Origin: Octopus bimaculoides
Taxonomy: Eukaryota
Direction: 5' to 3'
DNA length: 64,000 nucleotides
Assembly (NCBI RefSeq): GCF_001194135.2
Contig: NC_068985.1
Location: forward strand, 10,567,763-10,631,762
The position numbers were made by a program, and so were the translations under genes. This document shows positions 49,491 to 62,880 of this stretch, piece by piece (positions within the stretch are counted from its first letter, which is position 1; every line of letters starts with the position of its first letter). Below the pieces are notes generated by a model, which did not search any database, had not been told where the DNA came from, and saw nothing but the letters and a program-made list of their open reading frames with translations.

Positions 49491-51945
49491 TTATATATAT
49501 ATATATATATATAATTTTTTTATGCGCACTTTCGGAGCTTAACCAGGCTCATATATATATATATATGTACTTGCATATAAGTATGTGGGAATTAGTTTGT
49601 ATAACCAAGTGTAAAGATAATTTTCAGAAGCAGATTTTGTCTTTCTAAAAGTAAATACTAATAAATGACTGTCGTATGAAGTGTTATACTGCATATAACG
49701 TTTGTTACATAGTTATGACCGAAAGGTATTCTTTTTAAACCAGTGGTGTGTTTTTACGTTGTCTGTTTAGTCGACAAACTTATCATATTGGTGATCAAAG
49801 TGTTGTTAAATTCTGTCCTCAAAACTTTCTTAGCGGAACTCGTTTCATTTGAGATTTCGAATTTTATCATAAGTGTTTCGCTTCTTCATTACTGTTTAAA
49901 GTTTTTCATGGCAGTAATTTACTGGTTGTTCTAACTAAACAAGAGACAATTATTATCCAATTCAGTTCACGGAATAGGAAATGATGTTTCGGAAGAAAAT
50001 GTTATTTGCTTTCTAAGAAATGTGGGTATTGATATAGGTTGTTTAGGATATAAAAGGAGTTTAATTGAGATGGATACTGACTGTTATTAAGACGGCCTGT
50101 TTTACAAGCACGATATCTTTATTTTTCAAAGATGGTTTTTGTCAAATCTAAACAGTGAAAGAAGAATTTACATCGGGAATGAGACTGACTTCATTGTAAC
50201 TTCGTTTGGTTAATCTGGTTTGTGTGCTCAGATAGTAAATATACTCCCTGATTTGCATTTATGTGGATATAGTACTTGTTGTTAAAATCTTTACTTCCTA
50301 TAAAGTTATTTCAAATACAGACAGTTTTGCAACTTTTTTTCCCCGATTGCAAGCTTTTGTTATCACTGCATTCTTTGTGCGCATGTATGACGCTTTTAAC
50401 AGCATTTCCTGTTATATCGTTGTAACTAATGTTACTTTCATTGTTATTTGTTTGTATATAGTGTCTAATAAATTGGATAAATCTTGGCAAATGTTGGTGT
50501 CTTAGCGTTATTTAGAACCCGTTCAGTACAGACTTCAAATTGTGTAGCAACTGTATGGATAAACTATTTTAGGTGACGAGAATGTTAACATTACTTGCAA
50601 TAAATTTCAACAGCAACATCAACAAGAAACCAGGTGCCATTATTGTCTTCTTTACAATGTCAGATTTTGCAAACAGAAAAGATAAGTTCAACACTTCATG
50701 TTTAAAAATTAATAGCTTACAATACATCATAAAGAACATCTAAAGCGCATTCATTGAAACAAGGTCTTAAAATCCCGCACGGTATTCACATTAGAGTAAT
50801 TCAGGAAATGTATTTACTACTTTACCATAATGCATTCAGTATTCAAATTACATCCGAAGTATTTTAGTTAAAACATCTACAAACAGAAGTGGTCTTATAA
50901 CATACGAAACAATTCCTGTTTTTAGAGTTTAGATATGAATAAGAAGACTTCTGAACTATAAGTGACGCCTTAATACTAGAATAGAAAAGTTGTTTTCCTC
51001 ATAACAAGCAACAACACAAAACTCACAAATATAGTAATTACATATTCGAACGGCATTGAAATTGTGGCTCCCTCATATTTTCTGGTATTTTATATCAAGG
51101 AGAACTTCATTAAAATTTTTATACCTCTCTTAAGTCTGTAGCATAATGTCTGGCGAATACTGGTCTACAAATATTTGCAAGATTGTTATTGTGTAGAAAA
51201 TATCTCGTTTAGGCAAAATATATAAATCAAAATATATAAATACACCATGAAAGGCAAATTTACTCCGGTGTTCGCCCGGAGATAATAACTCTGATGGATG
51301 TACGGTGTCCAAAACACAATACACATCGAAAGAAGATTAAAATCATACCGAGGGTGGTTGACGAAAATACGAAATGCGTTTCTGCCTCAATGGGCGCAGT
51401 TAGTTGATTGTACTTACAGCTAACCTTAGAAGAAATTGGTAGACGACCAATATATTGGCATAAAAGGAATAAACAATCCTGTATAGATGCCCAACTGAAT
51501 AAAATATATGTTATATGCACAGAAGCAGTATTAGACTGAAATAGTCTACTATATATTATACTGTATATATTACATTGCGAAAGAAAATGTATTACGGTAT
51601 TTGCCTAGAGATAATACATCTTATGGACGTTCGTGTATTAAGACTACTGCATCTATCGAAGGCAAACGAATATAGTTCCAGCATTGACTGGTGATCACAT
51701 ATTGCGTCTTAGCACGCGGCTGTCTATGAGTAGATGCTACTGACAACGACAAAGCCCAATGAAGCAGAAATGAATTATAGCATTCTCACCAGCCGTTGCT
51801 TTATTTAAACACAGCACGTGCAAAAGAGCCATTATTTACGAACAAATAACACAATAAATTTGCTTTTTTGCAATGTTTTTACATTAACTACAATGTACAG
51901 ATGGCTATTTTGATCTCATACTGCTTCTGTTGCATATTCTTTTCT

Positions 51946-52200
51946 TTAGGTATGACGTCTAGAATATAGAACATAGGCGATCAGGTTCTGCCAAAATTCT
52001 CTGTTCTTTGTTTTCTGCAACAGTTCCAGTTCCCGATGCTTAATGCCTCTTTCTTCCAACCAATTCATCAAACTTGACATCCATATCATCCTTCTTTTTC
52101 TTTTGCATTTTCCCCCTTCAGTTCTTCCAGTCATCGCTAAATTCTCCAGCCCTCTTTCCTCATCACGACTAAGAAACCCCTGTTGCTTGGTTCTCAGCCC
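51946..52200 (-). mobile_element. RTE (BovB-like) LINE 3'-end fragment
   Basis: The minus strand reads VMRKEGLENLAMTGRTEGGKCKRKRRMIWMSSLMNWL...LLQKTKNREFWQNLIAYVL, matching the RTE C-terminal pattern G..EG.R.RGR.R..W...L...R..W...IA.V. Confidence 0.8.
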
Positions 52201-52965
52201 AGATCGTCACTTCTTTATCTATATCGTATAATGGATGCATAAGAGAAAACCAGAATCAAACATTGTACACTATCCCTCTGCCAGGGCACAAATTACCGTC
52301 AAAAGTAATTTTAAATTCATCAATTAACTACTGTTCTATGTAAGATCAGAACTAGTCAGCTCAATGCTGCGCCGATCATGAAGTTGATATCTCGCTCTCA
52401 AATTTCCTACGAAGTAACATGACTGTTAGGGAGAATCACAGGATGGTGCAAACAACATCGATAATGTATTTAATTGTAGTAGTATAACTGTTGATTGATA
52501 AATGTTTCTTTGCAATGACATATTGTACTCTAGCTAACTGCATTAGGACACAGCTTTACATTACACTCGTTCGTTATCATTACTAGCCCTTGTCAGCATT
52601 AATCAAACACATCTATGATCATAGGCGGTTTAACAATGCCATATCCGTTCTTTCAAACAATCTTTATCTGAGACTATTTTCTCCAATGCATCGGTAGTCA
52701 TGAAACGATTGCTTCGTAATGATGGACAACTGGTTGTTCGTATTAGCAAATGGAATTATCACGTAAATGATTTTTCGTTAGAAAATACAGTATCGATGTG
52801 TAATACTATAACTAATACAGTCATACCTTTGCCAATATTAATATAATTTCAGTATATATATCTACTTATGAGCGACGGAAAAGTATTTTTCGTTTCTTTT
52901 TTAGTTTTGAAGGAATCCATAGTAATATATACTAATATCTCTCTCTCTCTGTCTTCCTATCTCCC

Positions 52966-53002
<37 letters not shown>

Positions 53003-53529
53003 TACTATATACAATCGCTCGTGTTAAATACATAAATACTTTAATAGTATTAATACTTTGATACAATAGACCACTTTCAGTGTCCCTCTCCTAAATCCAC
53101 TCACAAAGCTTTGTTCGACATCTGTCTATAGCAGGACACACTTGCTGAAGGTATCATGGTGCGAGTTGAAACCAGAGCAATGTGATTGCGATATTGCAAA
53201 AAAAATAAATAATAAAAATAAAAATAAAGAAAAAAAGGAAAAAGAAAAAAGAAGTAAATTACGACATGCATTAAAACAAAAAACAAATAACTAAATTTTT
53301 ACGTAATGGATTTCCCTTTTATGTTCCTTCATCACAATAGAAGTGGTTTTAGCCACAAAGAGTCTTCTTTACTGCAATGCGTATATATTGATGAAAAAAA
53401 TGATACTATTATAGAAAAGGAATAAAACAACATAATGTATTCATTAGAAGAAAGAAAATAGATGGGTCACCTTCAATAGATATAGGTTCTCCATTTTTTG
53501 TTATTGAAATTACAATATATGATATATCG

Positions 53530-54050
53530 TCGTGGTATGACGACGACGGTTCTAGTTGAACCGGTCAACGGAACAGCCTGCTCGTGAAATTAACGTGCAA
53601 GTAGGTAAGCTCTCCACAGACACGTGTACCCTTAACGTAGTTCTCGGGGCGATTCAGCGTGACACAGAGTTTGACAAGGCTAGCCCTTTGAAATGCAGGT
53701 ACAACAGAAACATAAAAAATGAGTGAGAGAAATTTGTGGTGAAAGAGTACAGCAGGATTCACCCCACACCTGTCGGAGCTTCGAGGAGCTTTAGGTGTTT
53801 CGCTCAATAAACACTCATAACACCCGGCTTGGGAATCAAAACTGCGATCCTTCAACCGCGAGTCCACTGCCCTAACCACTGGGTCATTGTGCCTCCCAAA
53901 ACGGAGCACTCCGCCGGATACGACGACGATGGTTCAAGCTGATCCGATCAACGGAACAGCCTGCTCGTAAAATTAACGTGCAGTAGTTGAGCACTCTACA
54001 GATACGTGTACCTTTAAAGTCGTTCTAACCATTGCGCCTCCACATCCGAT
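53530..54050 (-). mobile_element. SINE family B (53530-53897) plus an adjacent internally deleted second copy (53903-54050)
   Basis: Two consecutive tails with acgacgac.gttc..g.tga.c.g.tcaacggaacagcctgctcgt. Confidence 0.85.
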
Positions 54051-55344
54051 ATATAACTACTACTTGTATATAGATCGATTNNNNNNNNNNNNNNNNNNNN
54101 NNNNNNNNNNNNNNNNNNNNNNNNNNNNNNNNNNNNNNNNNNNNNNNNNNNNNNNNNNNNNNNNNNNNNNNNNNNNNNNNNNNNNNNNNNNNNNNNNNNN
54201 NNNNNNNNNNNNNNNNNNNNNNNNNNNNNNNNNNNNNNNNNNNNNNNNNNNNNNNNNNNNNNNNNNNNNNNNNNNNNNNNNNNNNNNNNNNNNNNNNNNN
54301 NNNNNNNNNNNNNNNNNNNNNNNNNNNNNNNNNNNNNNNNNNNNNNNNNNNNNNNNNNNNNNNNNNNNNNNNNNNNNNNNNNNNNNNNNNNNNNNNNNNN
54401 NNNNNNNNNNNNNNNNNNNNNNNNNNNNNNNNNNNNNNNNNNNNNNNNNNNNNNNNNNNNNNNNNNNNNNNNNNNNNNNNNNNNNNNNNNNNNNNNNNNN
54501 NNNNNNNNNNNNNNNNNNNNNNNNNNNNNNNNNNNNNNNNNNNNNNNNNNNNNNNNNNNNNNNNNNNNNNNNNNNNNNNNNNNNNNNNNNNNNNNNNNNN
54601 NNNNNNNNNNNNNNNNNNNNNNNNNNNNNNNNNNNNNNNNNNNNNNNNNNNNNNNNNNNNNNNNNNNNNNNNNNNNNNNNNNNNNNNNNNNNNNNNNNNN
54701 NNNNNNNNNNNNNNNNNNNNNNNNNNNNNNNNNNNNNNNNNNNNNNNNNNNNNNNNNNNNNNNNNNNNNNNNNNNNNNNNNNNNNNNNNNNNNNNNNNNN
54801 NNNNNNNNNNNNNNNNNNNNNNNNNNNNNNNNNNNNNNNNNNNNNNNNNNNNNNNNNNNNNNAAACAAGAACACATATGTAAGCATGCTTGATAATTTTG
54901 GCTGAGAATACAGTGAATAGCACGAACCATAGAAGCATTTATATATTCATTAACCAGCTACAAATTTCCCAAAGGGACACAAGGACCAGTAAAATTGCCC
55001 ATTTCTATGCATTAACGCCTGGGATCTTGAAGATTCATACATTAATAAATATGAAAGAATGGGTCAAAAACAAAGTTGATGAATACAATTGTCCAAGACA
55101 TAGATCATTTCTTATATATAGTGATGCTTTAGATGATTTTATTTTCAGTTTTGTTCCATTTCAGTTTATATTTGTAGATTGTAGCCGATAAGTATAACAG
55201 ATCGATGCACAAAAGTCTCGATAATAGCATAAGAGGGACGATCCAGATATTGTTAACTCAATTTTGAGATTCGGACGGCAAACGGGTGTCTTTTGTCTGT
55301 CCAATTCGATGATGCCAAAAGTGCCTTGTAGCCTATAGTTTGGT

Positions 55345-55560
55345 GTAAGGCAGTGGACCTGCAGAATCATTAGCACGTTGGGCAAAATGCTTAGTGGAAT
55401 TTCGTCTGTCTTTACATTTTGAGTTCAAATTCTGCCGAAGTCGACTTATCTTTTCATCCTTTCGGCGTCGATAAAATAACTACCTAGTGAGCACTAGGGT
55501 GGATATATTCGACTCGATCCCTTCTCCGAAATTAGTGTCCTTGTGTTAAAGTTTGATACC
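55345..55560 (+). mobile_element. SINE family C
   Basis: aaggcagtggacctgcagaatcattagcacg...tgagttcaaattctgccgaagtcgac...ttcatcctttcggcgtcgataaaataac. Confidence 0.82.
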
Positions 55561-57679
55561 AATATATAGTTTAGTGTACTTTAAAAGTACATTTAGACTA
55601 TTTGTAAATTAATTTATTAGGATTCGTTCGCAAACAAATACCTATTGAAAGTGTATAAGATCTATCTGGTTCTTTGAGCCTTCCATGTATTCGTGAGCTG
55701 ACAGAGATATTCTTGGCACTCCCATCTTTTGCCCATCAGGAAACTGATGAAACAGCTGATGGGAGAATGGTTTCTTTAGCAGCTTGTAGGTATTCACATT
55801 CAACAGATCAAACTGGAGCAATATGATACGAAATGTCTTCGTTGTTCGACGTCAAAAGGCACTCTGCATACCCCACAGATTGAACCTACAACTACAAGAA
55901 CGAGAGCTCAGTACCCTAACCATTAGGTCACGTTCCCTAAAGCCTTGGAGCAGTAGATCTGTAATCAATACCTCTGTGGATAATGGAAAAGGCTATACAG
56001 TATCTGATGAAAATCCCAACGCAGGATTGATACTAATCCGGCTGATCATTGTTTGCTGATCGCTGTGTATCTGAAAGTACGTTGCTCACATCTGCTTAAT
56101 GCGTACACTTCTGACTAAAATCGATACACATGATCAGGCTGTATATTAGCGTTGGTAACATATTTGATTATTTTTCAAATATTTATGTATTCCTCTCACA
56201 CACCCGAAACGGTTTAGTGTGTAATAATCACCGGCTATCATAATAATTCTGCGCAAACTATTCATGTGCTTTAATCAAAGATGCTAAGCTATAAATAATT
56301 TATTGTAATTAAGATTATGAGTTTCAATCACTCTATGGATAAGACCTGTATTATTGCAGATGCTGAGTCGTGAATAATAAACCGCGTCATCAATAATTGC
56401 TGTGACGGAATCTGAGTGAAGCAACAAATCACTTGTATTCCAACTGTGGTTATAGGAACGGCTAGAAATAGCTGACAAATCTGTTTCAGTTCAGAGAATA
56501 ACGACTATAAAATAAAAATACATTCGATGAGATAATCCTACTTTCACTAAGTTAGAGGACGTGTTTCTTCATGTCTATAGATAGCATATATGTTCTGCAG
56601 ATGATTTGTTGAAAAAGTGTCACTGCCTCAGTCGTCATGTAATTTCAACAGATCGACTGACATCGAAGAGGGTAAATGAGATCTTGTGATACAACCGAAA
56701 TATCAATTTGATTGTGAAAATCTTGACGAAATCGAAAGTTAAATATTTGTTAGCTTGAAACGATTTTTGCTATAAATGTTTGTGTTTTATCAATGGAAAA
56801 CATACTAAGTTAAAAATATTGGATGTTTGAATCGAGGCACTTTCGAGATTTCGTTTCATCTGATAATTTTTAATTCTAAACTATCTCCTATGTGCTGAAT
56901 TTTTCTTTCAAAACCCAACGAGTTCAAGAAAGCATATACCAGTAATGTAATTTACTTATTTCTCTCACACTTTTCCATCCCCCTCCTTTCTACCTCTCTC
57001 TCTCTCTGTCTCTCGCTGTCTCTCTCTGTCTCTCTCTTTCTCTGCTAAAAATTATATTTTCTGATATGTAAAAAAACCAAGCAAAACAAAATCATTGTAA
57101 CATATTGTTAATATAACAGTGAGTAACTTAGAGAAATATACACACTGTTTGGAAGTCTAGACTGGTATCGATATTTAATTGAGAAAAAATAATGAGCATA
57201 GAAAAGTTATGAATAACATATTCTTCAATGGCCCACGTCCCCACCCCACCAAAAAATATAGGTAAATAATCACATTGCAGAGAATAAGAACATTAAATAA
57301 AAATCGCTGAAATGTATTGACAAGAAAAAGATAAGAAAATAGCGAGCAAGTTTTGTTTATATGTGATGCAATTTCAATGAACAAGTTAAGAATAATATTT
57401 GCTTTTATGTCCAAACTTTGTAAAAGATACCGTTATAGCAACGACTTGTTTTTTTTAGCTTTACATTTTAATTAAGTCCTTTAAATGAATTTCTGGACAT
57501 CGATATTTTTTCAATAACTAAATATATCAGAAATATCGACTAAACAGAGGTAGGAAAATAAATAAATAACAACAATATAGATAATTATTTAAAAAAATTA
57601 TAAAAAAGACATATCAACAACGAAATTGAGCGGAAGGACATCAACAGGAAATTGAACAAGGATTAACAATAAAAGGTTA

Positions 57680-58314
57680 TAAGAAACGTGTTCTTTTAAA
57701 TCACGTGTTCTATTAAATCAAATACATGGGTACTGTGCTCAAATCTCTTGCTGTGATACGTTAAAGCTATAGGAAAATTAATAGCGGGAGGGCTGCCTCG
57801 GGGGTCAAGGAAGATGCAAATTGTGAGCTCCCCAAACACCACTCAATGAATAGGAGGTGAAATTTAAGAGGGTTTGAGTGTTAAATCTCGAAAATAAGGC
57901 TTATCACCAGAACTAATGCATATTGACATGTGATTAAATCTTTAATATTAAATTGGAATATTACGCGAAGTAAATGTACCCGAAATCTTAATGTAAAATG
58001 ATTATACCTAAACAAAGAGAAATCAATTTTCATAAGAGAATATTTTGCAACAAACGAGACAGAGGTTTATATTGATGTTGTATTCTCACTTTTGAGAGAT
58101 TATTTTTACAGTGTAGTGATGATAATATTGCAACGCTTGATATTAAGCTGAGCATCCTTATATTCTTTTATTCTCATAGTTGTCTTTACATGTTAGCCTT
58201 TTATTTACAGTTAGAATTATGCAATAATCGGATAAGATGCCATTTGTATTATGTACTTGTATGCACAAACACGCATATACAATTACATATACACACACAT
58301 ATATATATATATAC

Positions 58315-58360
<46 letters not shown>

Positions 58361-58853
58361 TATATTTCCATATGTATTAAGAGAGAGAGACGTAGCGTAA
58401 GAGAAAGAGGAAGATTCTTTTATAGTTCAATATGTGCGCGCGCACATGTATGCTTATAGATATACGAATACATACATAGATATACAAGCGTATATACATA
58501 TATACGTAAATATATTCATGTATGTCTGTGTATACATATATATATATATATGAATATATACATGCATGTATATATAACATAAATAATATATAATTATATG
58601 CATATATCCATACATATATGTACGTACCGACATCTATATGTATAAATACAAGCATATATGGGTACAGGACATCACAAAAAACGTTAAACACAATGAGAAA
58701 CGAAAACATAAAGNNNNNNNNNNNNNNNNNNNNNNNNNNNNNNNNNNNNNNNNNNNNNNNNNNNNNNNNNNNNNNNNNNNNNNNNNNNNNNNNNNNNNNN
58801 NNNNNNNNNNNNNNNNNNNNNNNNNNNNNNNNNNNNNNNNNNNNNNNNNNNNN

Positions 58854-58891
<38 letters not shown>

Positions 58892-59465
58892 CACACAATA
58901 TACACACACGGATATATTATAAATGGCATCTTATACGATTATTGCGTAATTCTAACTGTAAATAAAAGGTTAACGTGTAAACACAGATATGGCAATAAAT
59001 GAGTAACAAGATGTGCGGCTTATTATCAAGCGTTGTGATATCATTACAACGCAAAAATGTAATATTGAAAAAACGAGTATATAACATACAGATATAACTA
59101 CAGCTGTCGCGTTTGTTGCAGAATATTTTTAATCATAATTGATTTCTATTGCCTAAAATATATATGATATTATGTTTTCAGGTACATTTAATTTACAAGG
59201 AACTCTAATTAAAGTTTAATATGATGAAATCAATATGGCAATAAGTACTAGCGTAATTTTGTGGTTTAACATCCGAACCTCTTTAATTTTACGTCCATTT
59301 CATCAAAAGATGTTTGCGGAGCAAACACCTTCCTTGGGTCTGATTTATTCCTCACCCCCACGCATCAATTTTCCAACTGCATGTAGCTCCAGCCCAACAA
59401 TCGCATTAAGTGTCTTGGGTCCTGTCCCCGACTTTTTGTTTGAATCCAATTAAAAGCACCTTTTT
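57680..59465. repeat. Large imperfect inverted repeat: about 560-bp arms (57680-58250 and 58915-59465) around a microsatellite-rich spacer
   Basis: 58201-58245 matches the reverse complement of 58921-58965 at 43 of 45 positions; colinear weaker matches continue outward for about 500 bp. Confidence 0.75.
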
Positions 59466-59838
59466 TTAGAACTTTATTTTATTGTATTTTTTTCCCCAGT
59501 TATCTATCGGATTTTTCCTTCTTAAAAATAAAATAGGCAAAAAAAAAAAAAAAAGAAATCGATATTTAATCCCTTAACATTTTCTGCCCATTTCTTTGTA
59601 AACTTTGCTGCAATTTTTTGTTTCTTTCTTTCTACAGAATAGAAATTTTAATTAATTTCCAAACTTTCGTTGTACGGCTTTCATTAGCCTCCTCACGTGA
59701 TGTTCATTATTTAAACTCCAGTTCTTAATGCATTTCAGATTTTATTCATTAAAACTTATTTTCTTTTCAATTGTGAAAAAATCATATTGGTAAAAATTTG
59801 TAACAGGAAATACTTAAACATCTAAAAATATTTAACAT

Positions 59839-60010
59839 AGGCGCAGGAGTGGCTGTTATAAGTAGCTTGCTTACCAAACACATGGTATGGGTTCAGTCAC
59901 TCCGCGTGGCACCTTGGGCAAGTGTCTTCTACTATAACTTCGGGCCGACCAAAGCCTTATGAGTGGATTTGGTAGACGGAAACTAAAAGAAGCCCGTCGT
60001 GGATATATAA

Positions 60011-60065
<55 letters not shown>

Positions 60066-60265
60066 TGCGTCAGTGTATCCCCCACCCAACATTGCTTGAC
60101 AACCAATGCTGGTCTCTTTACGTCCCTGTAACTTAGCGGTTCGGCCAAAGTGACCGATAGAGTAAGTACAAGGCTTACGAAGAATAAGTCCTGGGGTAGA
60201 TTTGCTCGACTAAAAGCGGTGCTCCAGCATGGCCGCAGTCAGATTACTGAAACAAGTAAAAGAAC
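59839..60265 (+). mobile_element. SINE family A, full length
   Basis: ataggcgcaggagtggctg...(TG)n...actgaaacaagtaaaagaa. Confidence 0.92.
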
Positions 60266-61739
60266 CGTTACTGCTGGACCCTAGTATAAGATCCTTGAAT
60301 TCCAGGTTCGCTGGTGACAAATAAAGCATACAGACCAATATCTCCAAGTATCTCAGAAAAAACTGTACCCAGAAACAAAAAAACTTATAGAAATATGAGT
60401 CGGAGTGTCCGTCAACTTCCTTTTCAAAAGTGGAATACGTTAGTCTCCTTTGTTGAGAGTTAAGCTAGAGTGTAGTGTGTGGAAACTGACAAAGAGGTGC
60501 ATAGAAATCCACTTAAAGTCACTTACTATTCAATAATTAGTTAATAGTTCGATAATTAATCATGAGCTACGTTTGAGCGCAGTTTGATTTATTTCAAAAT
60601 TCTAACGTAAATAACAACTAACAACTGGTATTTTAATTTTAACAAAGACTTTTGCTATTCATTGGAGATACTGCGTTTGCTTAAGGTATGAATCATTAGG
60701 TTGCATTGTTAGAACAGATTTAGTCTCAGTTTGAAACCTAAGTTGGGTCATCTGTGCTGCAAGATATCACTTACATCATGTATACTATAGTAATATAGCT
60801 GATAAATGGAATCACCATCACCATCATCAAAGTTTGGTTAGTTCATTCGTTACTCTGCTTGTTTAACGAATCTCTTTATATCGACGCCAAACACAGCCTT
60901 TGTCTTGCATTGCAGCAGTTTCACAATAGAATAAAAAAATTCTAAAGTCTGTTAACAAAGCATGAATCAAAACCAGAAGAAGGTGTTATTGTTTTTTTAT
61001 CATAACTCCTTCTAGTTTCCTTGTGTTAACATTTTTTTTATTGTGTGGTTTTTGGCTCTCAATTTTTATGTCTTCATGTGTTTCCGTTTTGCCGATCTTC
61101 TCTTTATATATGCTTTTTTTTTTCTAGTCTGCCCTGATTATTTATGCACTTCATTTTCTCTTTGCACGTGCTTACATACACCTTCCCACAGACATCCATA
61201 CAAGACACACGCACATACAAGCAAACACATTCACACGAACACACACACACACACACACACACATATATGTGTGTGTGTGTGTACCTTTTAACCGTGTTCT
61301 TGTTTTTCTTGCTCTAGTTTTCTTGGATTTTTTTATATTGACGCTGTATCAGTTGGTTGTGTTGATATTTTCATTCTTACTTTTTTATCTTTGTCTGAAA
61401 CAAAATAAAAATCACTAAAAATAAAATAAAAAAACGAAAACAAAATACGGACAAATCTTTCGGCATCAAGTTCTCAAACAAATATGCGACAGTCAAATAA
61501 AAGATAAATTGATAAATTCAGAATAGAATTGGAAATATAATCCGTCCTATAATTGAATTAGCTGAAACTCCATTTTAATATGTTACAGTTTAAGAACTAA
61601 TATAAAATGCAATCACACAACATAAAACATACATTTATATTATAGTAAAACTGCAAATCATATATTTAACTAAATATCTTTAATCAGGAAGAAAGGGGTG
61701 GGATTTTCTCACACTCCATTTGAATAGTCGTATGGAACG

Positions 61740-62530
61740 TCTCAGAGAATGACATATGCAAATGCAGAAAGGTCGGAACACTGAAACATATTCTTTCCAA
61801 CTGTTCCTTAGCATTGAACAGGTATACATGGAGATATAACCTGGTCCTTAAGGTTATCTTCAATGCTGTGAAGAACCAAATTGATCTCAAGAACAGTGAG
61901 AAAAACAGTTGAAAGTACCATCTAGAGATTTCATTAGCTTCATGCGTTCAGGTCAGCGGATCCGTTTCAAGAAGAAGAACAAGAAACTTCCTGTGAGAGA
62001 TGAAAAGCGGAACGGCTATTGGGAGGCGACTGCAGATTTACCAGGGTGCCAGAGATTCTTTCCCGTCCCAATTACGGAAATACCGGACATTTTAATGTGT
62101 TGTGAAAGCAAGAAAGTTGTGAATCTAGTCGAGTTAACGGTTCCTCACGAAGATAACATGGACGGCACTCGGGATTGAAATATTGACCGTTATGTAAACA
62201 TCCTCGAGGAATGTGAAGACGCAGGCTGAAAAGCGGAGCATTTTCCAATCGAAGTCGGATGTAGAGGGTTTGTTGGACACAGTGTGAGACGACTGTTGTT
62301 ATCGTTAGGCCTAACACATCGTAAGGTAAATACCACCATGACCAATATCCAAACTACAGTGGAGAAGGCTAGCCAGTGGATTTGGCTAAAAAGATACAAT
62401 GAGCGATGGCTTGAAAAATATTAAGCTGTATTGAATAACCAGTCGATCTAGCCAGTGGGGCTGGTGCGCACTGATGCCGTCGAGATGTAGGACTCGGAAC
62501 GGCGCGCGATCTCTCCTAATGACCCCATAC
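61740..62530 (+). mobile_element. 5'-truncated HERO-like (R2/NeSL group) non-LTR retrotransposon: CCHC zinc knuckle, REL endonuclease and 3' UTR, with stops and a frameshift
   Basis: CKCRKVGTLKHILSNCSLALNRYTWRYNLVL (61757-61849) is a C-x-C/H-x4-C knuckle with WRH/YN. It is followed by W.ATADL...PDILMC...VNLVELTVPHEDN...FPIEVGCRGF...EKASQWIWLKR (to the stop at 62424), the PD..ELTVP.E...P.EVGCRGF signature of HERO/NeSL-type elements. Confidence 0.85.
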
Positions 62531-62587
62531 ACTTGCTGGCTTTTGGTATGCGGAGTAGTACTTGCATATGTAAGTTGTTTGCAATAC

Positions 62588-62880
62588 ATCAGGAAGAAAG
62601 GGTGGGGATTTTCTCATGCTTCATTTGAATAGTCATATGGAATAAGCACCAGGCAGATGAGAATTCTAGAACTTTCCCCTTCTCGGGTTGATACATTCGC
62701 ATTGTGAAGCAGAGACAGTTCTAGCTGTGATATGACATGGAAGATGAGGAAATAGTGTATGGCAATTATGGACGCTTTAGTGTGTTTCTGTATTAGCTGA
62801 TGCCAATGAGTCGAGTGGCTTTCGTGCATGTTGTCACGAATTTTTCCCTTAGATGTTGCAAAACGTTCTTAACACTGGGG
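62588..62880 (-). mobile_element. Possible very degraded CR1/Jockey-like LINE 3' fragment
   Basis: Scattered minus-strand peptides KATRLIGI, LELSLL and SHLPG resemble the post-RT C-terminal region of such LINEs. Weak. Confidence 0.25.

Noticed and set aside
55725-56045. CTGATGA and GAAAC words at about 55740-55765 and ctgatga...gatac at about 56004-56033
   Set aside because: Both are explained by simple local hairpins and lack the GAAA or UH geometry of a hammerhead.
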